DNA from: Eledone cirrhosa
Lineage: Eukaryota
Reading direction: 5' to 3'
DNA: 64,000 nt
NCBI GenBank assembly: GCA_964016885.1
Contig: OZ024762.1
Coordinates: forward strand, 18,228,001 to 18,292,000
Below the pieces are notes generated by a model, which saw only the letters and a list, made by a program, of their open reading frames with translations, was not told where the DNA came from and searched no databases. Below are positions 1 to 11,065 of this stretch, piece after piece (within the stretch, counting starts at the first letter, position 1; every line of letters begins with the position of its first letter). A program made the translations under genes and the position numbers.

Positions 1-545
1 GAGAGTGACAAGAAAGGGAGAGAGGGAGAGTGACAAGAAAGGGAGAGAGGGAGAGTGACAAGGGAGAGAGGGAGAGTGACAAGGGAGAGAGGGAGAGTGA
101 CAAGGGAGAGAGGGAGAGTGACAAGGCAGGGAGAGAGGGAGAGTGACAAGGCAGGGAGGGAGAGAGTGACAAGGCAGGGAGGGAGAGAGTGACAAGGCAG
201 GGAGGGAGAGAGTGACAAGGGAGAAGTGAGTGACAAGGGAGAGAGAGAGTGACAAGAAAGGGAGAGTGACAACGGAGAGAGTGACAAGGGAGAGAAAGAG
301 GGAGAAGAGAGTGACAAGTGAGGGAGAGGGAGAGAGTGACAAGTGAGGGAGAGGGAGAGAGTGACAAGGGAGAGAGAGAGAGAGTGACAAGGGGGAGAGA
401 GAGAGAGTGACAAGGGGGAGAGAGATAGGGACAAGAGAGAGAGAGAGATAGAGAGAGAGGGACAAGACATAGAGAGAGATAGAGAGGGAGGGACAAGAAA
501 GGGAGAGAGAGAGAGAGAGGTAGGGAGAAAGTGAGAAAAGAGGGA
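1..545. repeat. GA-rich degenerate minisatellite (GAGAGTGACAAG-type units), CLPX intron
   Basis: Repeated gagagtgacaag(g) cores separated by GA runs. Confidence 0.85.
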
Positions 546-580
546 GGAGATAAGTGCATAAATTTTAGTAAGGTTTTTAC

Positions 581-776
581 CTCTCGGGCTGAATGTATTG
601 GGAAACTGGCGAGAATTCTCCACCGTTGACGCTACCTCAGGGTTAGTTTTAGCTGCCGTGGTAGACGGTGGCGGTTGGTTGTTGTAGATTCGTTTGTAGT
701 GGTTGTAGACAGCAACAGAAAGAACCTTCTTGGCATATTCCTGGCCAACAACATATTTGTCCAGATAGTCATAGAT
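581..776 (-). CDS. CLPX: Mitochondrial ClpX ATPase, coding exon 4 ([33 protein letters not shown]...)
   Basis: Hallmark ClpX motif [24 protein letters not shown]. Acceptor acag at 780-777, donor gtaaaa at 580. Gene continues past the window start. Confidence 0.93.
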
Positions 777-1059
777 CTGTATTGGAACAACAGAACGGAA
801 TGTAACATTGGAAAACTGGTGATGACCGGGTGGAGGGCAGTGAGGCAGGGATGGGGAGGGGGGTTGGTGTTACTGTGGAGGCCATGGGCACTGTCCCTTC
901 CTTCTGACTAAGAAAAAAAAAAAAAAAAAGGTCATATCTGCCTGGTCTCAGATCATAATCTATCCAACTCATACCAGCATGGAAAACGATGATGATGATG
1001 ATGAAAACAGTAAAAAAAAAAGGAAGGAAGGAGAAGAAAGGGAGAATGAAATGACCAAC

Positions 1060-1199
1060 CTTTTTAGGGGCCGGTGGGGGAGTTCGAGCTGGTCCTTGGC
1101 GCTCCTCTTTGCTTTCTTTAAAGCTTTTCTTTGAATCCATTTCAGACAAGACCACGAAAAAATGATGACATTTTTCACATTTTACAAACCTGGTCGAAG
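1060..1199 (-). CDS. CLPX: CLPX coding exon 3 ([24 protein letters not shown]...PPPAPKK)
   Basis: Closely resembles animal [23 protein letters not shown]. Boundaries tcag and gttggt; phase matches the flanking exons. Confidence 0.93.
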
Positions 1200-1579
1200 C
1201 TGAGAAAAAGAAAAAAAGAATAAGCAAAATGATAAGATGATTAACCTTTTTCAAACGAACATGGTCCCTAATTGACCCTGGTTCTAAGAAACAAAACCTA
1301 ATACTCTAAAAGGTCCCCCCTAATTGACCCTGGTTCTATGAAACAAAAGTACCCATTCTAAAAGGTTCTTATTCAACTCAAAAAGTTTAAATTAAAATCT
1401 TCCAACATAATTTTATACAAGAACCATATATTAACTTACTATCTTAGTTATGAAATAATTAACAACTAATTAATAACTTTAATTAATTAAAATAGAGTGT
1501 ACTTCATTAGAAATATGGCTAAGAAAAGGTTAAACAGAAATATTAATGTAATAAATGACTGATAAGTTTCAAAAAGCCG

Positions 1580-2150
1580 ATACATCATCACCATCGTTTA
1601 ACGTCTATTTTCCATGCTAGCATGGGTAGGACAAGCTGTCCCATTGTGAGAGATCTAGATTGAAAGGCCGTGTTTCACTCACACAGAACTGATTTTGGAT
1701 TGGTTTCTATGGCTGGATGCCCTTCCTAATGCCAACCACATTTACAGTGTGTGCTGGATCTGTTTTGTTATGATGCCTACACGACCACTTTACAGTGTGG
1801 GCTGGGTGCTTTTGTCGTGACACCTACATGACCACTTTACAGTGTAGACTGGGTGCTGTTTGTCGTGACACTTACACAACCACTTTACAGTGTGGGTTGG
1901 GTGCTTTTGTCATGACACCTACATGACCACTTTACAGTGTGGGCTGGGTGCTTTTGTCGTGACACCTACACGACCACTTTACAGTGTGGACTGGGTGCTT
2001 TTTATTGTGACACCTACATGACCACTTTACAGTGTGGACTGGATGCCTTTATTCTGACCTACACGACCACTTTACAGTGTGGACTGGATGTTTTTATCAT
2101 GACGCCTACACGACCACTTTACAGTGTGGGCTGGGTGCTTTTGTTGTGGC
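1580..2150 (-). mobile_element. RTE-LINE 3'-tail-derived element with ~8 tandem copies of a 47-bp unit
   Basis: (CAT)n tail and ggctggatgcccttcctaa core match the LINE 3' UTR at 11100-11374. Unit acgaccactttacagtgtgggctgggtgcttttgtcgtgacacctac repeats across 1740-2150. Confidence 0.75.
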
Positions 2151-2486
2151 TCCAGGGTAACCAAAATGTGGTTGGAATATATAAAGGGCAAAGGATGACA
2201 AATAAAACAAAAAGTAATGTTTTACCCAGTATATTTTGTTTTTGTTTTGAACTGTTTCTGTTTCACATTTGAAAAGAGGGTATTAACCCTGAAATATATT
2301 GAGTAAAACATTATATTTCAGGCTTATTTTATTTATCATCCTTTGCCCTTTATATACTTCTTCCACCTTGTATTGGCTTATCTGTCGTTTATTACATATC
2401 TCACAATGCATCATATTAACTATACTCGAAATATTTAACATGTAATCAATAGAGAGACAGGGAAAGAGAAAAACAGAGATACTTAC

Positions 2487-2896
2487 ATACAAATGTTTCA
2501 ACATGTGTACAAGGATCTCCACATTTAGGGCAGCACAACTGATTTCCTTTCTTGTCCCCAGTAGTATTTACCGCTTCCAGAAGCAGCACCACTACCACTG
2601 GCTCCTACTCTGTCACCTCGATTCTTACCACTGCCATGTACATCACTTCCACTGCCACCCACCACCACCACCACCTTGAGTGCTGGCTCCAGTAACAGTG
2701 TTGCCGTCAAAAGTGATATTGTCTTTGTTGTTGTTATTGTCACCACCACTCCCAGTACCAACACCACCGCCACTGCTGCTGCTACTACTACCACTACTAG
2801 TACCACTGAAGCGGTATAACAATGATGATGTACTCAGCTGACAGTTCAGTACCTTGGAAGTACAACTGATTGGTACTGGAACCACATTAGGATAAA
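2487..2896 (-). CDS. CLPX: CLPX coding exon 2 (Gly/Ser-rich linker plus NQLCCPKCGDPCTHVETFV zinc-binding region); two apparent +1 frameshifts
   Basis: CPKCGDPCTHVETFV matches the CLPX N-terminal Zn-binding motif. Acceptor ttcag at 2898-2897, donor gtaagt at 2486. Length is 410 bp, whereas 408 bp would keep phase. Confidence 0.85.
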
Positions 2897-3039
2897 CTGA
2901 AAAGAAAGGCAGCAGATACATAAGAGCCTGTTTTTAAACAAAAAAAATCTTAATTAAATCTTAAATTAAACTCTTCCAACACAGGTTTATATAAGAACCT
3001 TATCTTAACCCTTTAGTATTTACATTATTCTATATATAC

Positions 3040-3205
3040 AGTAGAGGGTCGGACACCATGCTTTGACACATATAGTTACAGCCCTTACCATTCTGAGTTC
3101 AAATCCCGCCGAGATTAACTTTGCCTTTCAAGCTTATGGGGTCGATAAAATAAAGTACCAGTAATACACTGGGTATTTGCTGGCCTTGTGACAAAAGTAG
3201 AAACA
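3040..3205 (+). mobile_element. 5'-truncated tRNA-derived SINE (family also at ~16050-16235, 41010-41440, 62945-63390)
   Basis: Box-B-like GAGTTCAAATCCCGCC and conserved ggggtcgataaaataaagtaccag core. 16-bp TSD attattctatatatac at 3024-3039 and 3206-3221. Confidence 0.8.
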
Positions 3206-3259
3206 ATTATTCTATATATACTATTGTATTTTCACAGTAAAGACTTTATCTTACATAAT

Positions 3260-6200
3260 TATTTTCGAGGGTTTCTCTTAGTAGCTTTTTTCATGTCGTT
3301 AATATTATGATGTTACCTGCTGTATTAGCGTTAAATTTTCCCTGCTGTATTAGCGATAAATTTTCGAGGGTTTCTCTTAGTAGCTTTTTTCATGACGTTA
3401 TTATTGTTAATTTTACTGATGTAGTATTAACTTATTAACTTGGATATTTACCATGCGGTATTCTAATCCTATTGTATCTCTCTCAGTTATTTACCATGCG
3501 ACCCTCAGTTCCTACCCCCCCCCCCCCTCTATGCACTTCTTTAAGGCTTACTACCCTGTCTTTAACCTAATTCATTCAATCTGAAAATATTGAAGAGATA
3601 AGACACTTTGCCATTCTTCTCTGCTAAAATGTACCACTGAGCTGATTCAAATTTTCCCAGCCAGCCATCCACCTAATCTACGAAGGTATTTTAGCCTACA
3701 TATTGTCGTTAATATTATGATGTTCCCTGCTGTATTAGCGTTAAATTTTCCCTGCTGTATTAGCGATAAATTTTCGAGGGTTTCTCTTAGTAGCTTTTTC
3801 ATGTCGTTAATATTATGATGTTACCTGCTGTATTAGCGTTAAATTTTCCCTGCTGTATTAGCGATAAATTTTCGAGGGTTTCTCTTAGTAGCTTTTTTCA
3901 TGTCGTTAATATTATGATGTTACCTGCTGTATTAGCGTTAAATTTTCCCTGCTGTATTAGCGATAAATTTTCGAGGGTTTCTCTTAGTAGCTTTTTTCAT
4001 GACGTTATTATTGTTAATTTTACTGATGTAGTATTAACTTATTAACTTGGATATTTACCATGCGGTATTCTAATCCTATTGTATCTCTCTCAGTTATTTA
4101 CCATGCGACCCTCAGTTCCTACCCCCCCCCCCCCCCCCCCCCCCTCTATGCACTTCTTTAAGGCTTACTACCCTGTCTTTAACCTAATTCATTCAATCTG
4201 AAAATATTGAAGAGATAAGACACTTTGCCATTCTTCTCTGCTAAAATGTACCACTGAGCTGATTCAAATTTTCCCAGCCAGCCATCCACCTAATCTACGA
4301 AGGTATTTTAGCCTACATATTGTCGTTAATATTATGATGTTCCCTGCTGTATTAGCGTTAAATTTTCCCTGCTGTATTAGCGATAAATTTTCGAGGGTTT
4401 CTCTTAGTAGCTTTTTCATGTCGTTAATATTATGATGTTACCTGCTGTATTAGCGTTAAATTTTCCCTGCTGTATTAGCGATAAATTTTCGAGGGTTTCT
4501 CTTAGTAGCTTTTTTCATGTCGTTAATATTATGATGTTACCTGCTGTATTAGCGTTAAATTTTCCCTGCTGTATTAGCGATAAATTTTCGAGGGTTTCTC
4601 TTAGTAGCTTTTTTCATGACGTTATTATTGTTAATTTTACTGATGTAGTATTAACTTATTAACTTGGATATTTACCATGCGGTATTCTAATCCTATTGTA
4701 TCTCTCTCAGTTATTTACCATGCGACCCTCAGTTCCTACCCCCCCCCCCCCTCTATGCACTTCTTTAAGGCTTACTACCCTGTCTTTAACCTAATTCATT
4801 CAATCTGAAAATATTGAAGAGATAAGACACTTTGCCATTCTTCTCTGCTAAAATGTACCACTGAGCTGATTCAAATTTTCCCAGCCAGCCATCCACCTAA
4901 TCTACGAAGGTATTTTAGCCTACATATTGTCGTTAATATTATGATGTTCCCTGCTGTATTAGCGTTAAATTTTCCCTGCTGTATTAGCGATAAATTTTCG
5001 AGGGTTTCTCTTAGTAGCTTTTTCATGTCGTTAATATTATGATGTTACCTGCTGTATTAGCGTTAAATTTTCCCTGCTGTATTAGCGATAAATTTTCGAG
5101 GGTTTCTCTTAGTAGCTTTTTTCATGTCGTTAATATTATGATGTTACCTGCTGTATTAGCGTTAAATTTTCCCTGCTGTATTAGCGATAAATTTTCGAGG
5201 GTTTCTCTTAGTAGCTTTTTTCATGACGTTATTATTGTTAATTTTACTGATGTAGTATTAACTTATTAACTTGGATATTTACCATGCGGTATTCTAATCC
5301 TATTGTATCTCTCTCAGTTATTTACCATGCGACCCTCAGTTCCTACCCCCCCCCCCCCCCTCTATGCACTTCTTTAAGGCTTACTACCCTGTCTTTAACC
5401 TAATTCATTCAATCTGAAAATATTGAAGAGATAAGACACTTTGCCATTCTTCTCTGCTAAAATGTACCACTGAGCTGATTCAAATTTTCCCAGCCAGCCA
5501 TCCACCTAATCTACGAAGGTATTTTAGCCTACATATTGTCGTTAATATTATGATGTTCCCTGCTGTATTAGCGTTAAATTTTCCCTGCTGTATTAGCGAT
5601 AAATTTTCGAGGGTTTCTCTTAGTAGCTTTTTCATGTCGTTAATATTATGATGTTACCTGCTGTATTAGCGTTAAATTTTCCCTGCTGTATTAGCGATAA
5701 ATTTTCGAGGGTTTCTCTTAGTAGCTTTTTTCATGTCGTTAATATTATGATGTTACCTGCTGTATTAGCGTTAAATTTTCCCTGCTGTATTAGCGATAAA
5801 TTTTCGAGGGTTTCTCTTAGTAGCTTTTTTCATGACGTTATTATTGTTAATTTTACTGATGTAGTATTAACTTATTAACTTGGATATTTACCATGCGGTA
5901 TTCTAATCCTATTGTATCTCTCTCAGTTATTTACCATGCGACCCCCCCCCCCCCCTCTATGCACTTCTTTAAGGCTTACTACCCTGTCTTTAACCTAATT
6001 CATTCAATCTGAAAATATTGAAGAGATAAGACACTTTGCCATTCTTCTCTGCTAAAATGTACCACTGAGCTGATTCAAATTTTCCCAGCCAGCCATCCAC
6101 CTAATCTACGAAGGTATTTTAGCCTACATATTGTCGTTAATATTATGATGTTCCCTGCTGTATTAGCGTTAAATTTTCCCTGCTGTATTAGCGATAAATT

Positions 6201-7700
6201 TTCGAGGGTTTCTCTTAGTAGCTTTTTCATGTCGTTAATATTATGATGTTACCTGCTGTATTAGCGTTAAATTTTCCCTGCTGTATTAGCGATAAATTTT
6301 CGAGGGTTTCTCTTAGTAGCTTTTTTCATGTCGTTAATATTATGATGTTACCTGCTGTATTAGCGTTAAATTTTCCCTGCTGTATTAGCGATAAATTTTC
6401 GAGGGTTTCTCTTAGTAGCTTTTTTCATGACGTTATTATTGTTAATTTTACTGATGTAGTATTAACTTATTAACTTGGATATTTACCATGCGGTATTCTA
6501 ATCCTATTGTATCTCTCTCAGTTATTTACCATGCGACCCCCCCCCCCCCCTCTATGCACTTCTTTAAGGCTTACTACCCTGTCTTTAACCTAATTCATTC
6601 AATCTGAAAATATTGAAGAGATAAGACACTTTGCCATTCTTCTCTGCTAAAATGTACCACTGAGCTGATTCAAATTTTCCCAGCCAGCCATCCACCTAAT
6701 CTACGAAGGTATTTTAGCCTACATATTGTCGTTAATATTATGATGTTCCCTGCTGTATTAGCGTTAAATTTTCCCTGCTGTATTAGCGATAAATTTTCGA
6801 GGGTTTCTCTTAGTAGCTTTTTCATGTCGTTAATATTATGATGTTACCTGCTGTATTAGCGTTAAATTTTCCCTGCTGTATTAGCGATAAATTTTCGAGG
6901 GTTTCTCTTAGTAGCTTTTTTCATGTCGTTAATATTATGATGTTACCTGCTGTATTAGCGTTAAATTTTCCCTGCTGTATTAGCGATAAATTTTCGAGGG
7001 TTTCTCTTAGTAGCTTTTTTCATGACGTTATTATTGTTAATTTTACTGATGTAGTATTAACTTATTAACTTGGATATTTACCATGCGGTATTCTAATCCT
7101 ATTGTATCTCTCTCAGTTATTTACCATGCGACCCTCAGTTCCTACCCCCCCCCCCCCTCTATGCACTTCTTTAAGGCTTACTACCCTGTCTTTAACCTAA
7201 TTCATTCAATCTGAAAATATTGAAGAGATAAGACACTTTGCCATTCTTCTCTGCTAAAATGTACCACTGAGCTGATTCAAATTTTCCCAGCCAGCCATCC
7301 ACCTAATCTACGAAGGTATTTTAGCCTACATATTGTCGTTAATATTATGATGTTCCCTGCTGTATTAGCGTTAAATTTTCCCTGCTGTATTAGCGATAAA
7401 TTTTCGAGGGTTTCTCTTAGTAGCTTTTTCATGTCGTTAATATTATGATGTTACCTGCTGTATTAGCGTTAAATTTTCCCTGCTGTATTAGCGATAAATT
7501 TTCGAGGGTTTCTCTTAGTAGCTTTTTTCATGTCGTTAATATTATGATGTTACCTGCTGTATTAGCGTTAAATTTTCCCTGCTGTATTAGCGATAAATTT
7601 TCGAGGGTTTCTCTTAGTAGCTTTTTTCATGACGTTATTATTGTTAATTTTACTGATGTAGTATTAACTTGGATATTTACCATGCGACCCTCAGTTCCTA
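3260..7700 (+). repeat. Hierarchical tandem array: ~595-617-bp unit x ~7.3, each with three 98-99-bp subrepeats and a variable poly-C tract
   Basis: The same 76-aa ORF recurs at 3815, 4432, 5039, 5648, 6243, 6838 and 7445. Units differ mainly in poly-C length and a short deletion in two units. Confidence 0.95.
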
Positions 7701-7945
7701 CCTCACAATTTCCCTCCCTCCCACCCCCACACCCCACCATAGTCTATTCGACCAATCAAACCTAGCATGCCATTTCCACTGCTGCTGCTGCTACTACCTG
7801 CCTAACTAACTCTCTCCTCCTCTGGCGCATCCCAACACACCCTGCCATTACCCCACCACCACTGTCCTTCTAGCCCTCAATTTTCCCACCGTTAGGGATG
7901 GATGAGCTGGGAATACACGAGCAACTCTGAATCAATAGATGAAAT

Positions 7946-10900
7946 ATGAATCTGCGAGCTACCAAGCACCCACGTGAAGCGCCAACCCAGAGACCCTCCC
8001 CTACGAGTGTCGACAAATGCCCAAAACTCCGAGTTGGTACCATCAATGTAGGCTCAATGAAAGGAAGAGCAGGAGAAATCGTAGAAATGCTAGAGCGAAA
8101 GGAAGTTGATGTATGCTGTGTGCAAGAGACTAGATGGAGAGGAGGGTCTGCTAGAGTCCTGGTAGGAAAAAGCCAGTGCTACAAATTTTTCTGGGTGGGA
8201 AATGACGATGGGATGGGTGGTGTAGGTATACTATTAGCTGACAAGTGGGTAGATAAAGTAATCTCAGTGTACAGGGTAAATGCAAGAATCATTAAACTCA
8301 GACTAGTCCTGAATAAGACAATTACCACAATAATATCAGCTTACGCACCCCAATCGGGGCTGCCAGACGAACTTAAGGATAGGTTTTACGAGTCCCTAAT
8401 ACACACTACTGCTCTAACAGACGACAAGGACTTCCTAATCATTGCAGGAGATTTTAACGGACACGTAGGTAAACACTGCGACGGCTTCAATAGAGTACAT
8501 GGAGGCCATGGAGTTGGCACAAGGAATGAGGAAGGATTCAGACTTCTAGAATTCTGCGACGCCAATGACATGTCGATATGTAACACAAACTTTAAAAAGC
8601 CCGACAACCACCTGATCACCTATAGATCAGGGGAGCACTCTAGTCAGTTAGATTTTATCCTCATCAGAGGACGTGACAGATGGACGGTCGTAAACACAAA
8701 AGCCTTCCCTAGTGAGGAATGTACATCCCAACATAGCTTAGTTGTCAGCGACCTCACGGTCAGAACTAGACGAGCCCTGAAACAGAGGCCAACCTGGAGA
8801 AGAAAGATCTGGAAGCTGAAAGTCCCCTCAACCAGTAACAGATTTAAAGATATTTTACTCAACGCCTACGACAGTAAAGAAGAACAGATAGATACATTTA
8901 ACGTAGAAGAGAACTGGGAGTTCCTAAAAAATAACTTACTAGAGGCGACGGATGAGGTTTGTGGCTGGAGTAAGACCTCAAGCAGGAGGAGAGTGACTTG
9001 GTGGTGGAACAATAAGGTAGATGAAGCAGTCAAGGCCAAGAGACAGGCATGGAAAGAATGGAAGAACGGGGGGAGCAGGGTACATTACATAGAGACCAAG
9101 AGGGAAGCTAGGCGACAAGTATACTTAGCTAGGAGGGAAGCAGAGGATAGAAAATTCAAGCATGTTTTACAACGTGAGGACCAGAAACAGGAGGTATTCA
9201 AGATTGCGAGGCAGTGTGTCAGAGATAGTTGTGATGTCATTGGAGAGAAGTGTATCCGGAATGATAAAGGTGAGCTTGCCCTCACAAGTGCTGAGAAGAA
9301 AGATGCATGGAAGAGTCATTATGATAGATTACTAAATGAGGAGAATGCATGGGAAGAAGAGACCCTACCCCACGTAGACCCTATAGAGGGACCAGCAGTA
9401 CAAGTCAGCGGCAGCGTAGTAAGTAAGGCAATCAGAGATATGAAGATAGGGAAGGCAACCGGTCCATCGGGTATAGCTGCCGAGATGCTGAAGGCATCTG
9501 GGTCTGTAGGTCACACTATAACCACACGTATCGTTAACCAGGTAATACTAGAGGGGGCCATACCAAAAGATTGGTGCAGTAGCATCATTGTCAACTGCTA
9601 CAAAGGTAAAGGCGATGCACTAGATAGAGGAAACTATAGAGGTATAAAGTTGATGGACCAGGTCATGAAAGTAACAGAAAGAGTTATAGCACAGCTGATT
9701 AGGGACCGGGTGAATATAGACGAGATGCAATTTGGGTTTGTTCCAGGGAAAGGCACCACTGATGCGCTCTTCCTTGTGAGGCAATTACAGGAAAAGTACC
9801 TAGCTAAAAGTAAGCCACTCTACTTGGCATTTGTCGACCTTGAGAAAGCCTTTGACAGAGTTCCACGTGCAGTAATCTGGTGGGCTCTTAGAAAACTAGG
9901 AGTAGATGAATGGCTTGTGAAAGCGGTACAAGCCATGTATAGGGGAGCAGTCAGCAAAGTTAGGATTGGCAATGAGTATAGCGAGGAATTTAGCGTACAG
10001 GTTGGGGTCCACCAGGGCTCTGTTCTTAGCCCTCTCCTGTTCATCATAGTCCTGCAGGCAATAACGGAGGAGTTTAAGACCGGATGCCCATGGGAACTCC
10101 TGTATGCTGATGACCTCGCACTCATAGCTGAATCTATGGTAGAACTAGAGAATAAATTCCAAACCTGGAAGCAGGGACTAGAGAGAAAGGGCCTCAAAGT
10201 CAACATGACAAAGACTAAGGTCCTTATAAGTAGACGAGAAAACAGAACCCAGATCCCCTCAGGGAAATGGCCTTGCTCAGTATGTAGGAAAGGTGTAGGT
10301 AGGAACTCCATTCTTTGCCCCAAATGCAAACAATGGGTACACAAGAGATGTAGCGGGATCTCAGGAAGCTTAATTAAGAATGTAGGATTCACATGCAGCA
10401 GCTGTGCTGAAACAGCAAGCAAACAGCCACAGGAAACAAGTACCACCAATCTCTGGGAGGGCCCTGTAGAAACAGTAGACAGCTTCTGCTACCTAGGTGA
10501 CCGAATTAGCAACGGAGGTGGGTGCTCAGAAAGTACAATAACTAGGGTAAGAACGGGATGGAAGAAGTTTAGGGAACTACTACCACTGCTAGCTGCAAAA
10601 GGCTTCTCCCTCAGAATGAAAGGCAGACTGTATGATGCGTGTATCCGAACAGCGATGTTGCATGGTAGTGAGACCTGGGCGCTGAAGGTGGAAGACTTAC
10701 GTAGATTAGAGAGAAACGAAGCCTGCATGCTCCGATGGATGTGTAACAGTAATATACGTGAACGACAAAGCATAAATGAATTGAGAGAGAGACTGAGCAT
10801 AAGAGGAATCAAATGCTGCGTGCAGGAGAGGCGGTTACGCTGGTATGGACATGTGATGCGTATGAAGGATGACAGCTGCATAAAAAGGTGTAGAGCACTA

Positions 10901-11065
10901 GAAGTTGATGGAAACCGCGGAGTGGGGAGACCCAAGATGACTTGGGATGAGGTGATAAAAGCCGACCTTACCCAACTACACCTCTCAAAGTCAATGACAC
11001 ACGACCGTGACTTCTGGCGTCACGCAGTAATACAGGGTACCCGACCTCCCATGGGTACATGCTGA
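7946..11065 (+). CDS. RTE-clade LINE polyprotein, 1039 aa: APE endonuclease + reverse transcriptase with inserted PHD-type finger
   Basis: EN motifs GTINVGSM, VCCVQETRW, SAYAPQ, AGDFNGHVG, SQLDFIL. RT motifs KGDALDRGNYRGI, QFGFVPGKGTTDA, FVDLEKAFD, GVHQGSVLSPLLF, YADD. C-terminal RRLRWYGHV and GRPKMTW. No stops. Confidence 0.96.
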   Translation: MNLRATKHPREAPTQRPSPTSVDKCPKLRVGTINVGSMKGRAGEIVEMLERKEVDVCCVQETRWRGGSARVLVGKSQCYKFFWVGNDDGMGGVGILLADKWVDKVISVYRVNARIIKLRLVLNKTITTIISAYAPQSGLPDELKDRFYESLIHTTALTDDKDFLIIAGDFNGHVGKHCDGFNRVHGGHGVGTRNEEGFRLLEFCDANDMSICNTNFKKPDNHLITYRSGEHSSQLDFILIRGRDRWTVVNTKAFPSEECTSQHSLVVSDLTVRTRRALKQRPTWRRKIWKLKVPSTSNRFKDILLNAYDSKEEQIDTFNVEENWEFLKNNLLEATDEVCGWSKTSSRRRVTWWWNNKVDEAVKAKRQAWKEWKNGGSRVHYIETKREARRQVYLARREAEDRKFKHVLQREDQKQEVFKIARQCVRDSCDVIGEKCIRNDKGELALTSAEKKDAWKSHYDRLLNEENAWEEETLPHVDPIEGPAVQVSGSVVSKAIRDMKIGKATGPSGIAAEMLKASGSVGHTITTRIVNQVILEGAIPKDWCSSIIVNCYKGKGDALDRGNYRGIKLMDQVMKVTERVIAQLIRDRVNIDEMQFGFVPGKGTTDALFLVRQLQEKYLAKSKPLYLAFVDLEKAFDRVPRAVIWWALRKLGVDEWLVKAVQAMYRGAVSKVRIGNEYSEEFSVQVGVHQGSVLSPLLFIIVLQAITEEFKTGCPWELLYADDLALIAESMVELENKFQTWKQGLERKGLKVNMTKTKVLISRRENRTQIPSGKWPCSVCRKGVGRNSILCPKCKQWVHKRCSGISGSLIKNVGFTCSSCAETASKQPQETSTTNLWEGPVETVDSFCYLGDRISNGGGCSESTITRVRTGWKKFRELLPLLAAKGFSLRMKGRLYDACIRTAMLHGSETWALKVEDLRRLERNEACMLRWMCNSNIRERQSINELRERLSIRGIKCCVQERRLRWYGHVMRMKDDSCIKRCRALEVDGNRGVGRPKMTWDEVIKADLTQLHLSKSMTHDRDFWRHAVIQGTRPPMGTC

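Noticed and set aside
3815-7068. Six identical 76-aa ORFs (MMLPAVLALNF...) as a tandem gene family or CRISPR-like array
   Set aside because: They are by-products of the 99-bp subrepeat. The intervening sequences are identical rather than unique spacers, and the context is eukaryotic.
7700-7945. HDV-like ribozyme in the RTE 5' UTR
   Set aside because: Known from some RTE elements, but I could not assemble the nested double pseudoknot by eye.
8386-10935. Minus-strand ORFs within the LINE
   Set aside because: Antisense shadows of the RT ORF with no recognisable motifs.
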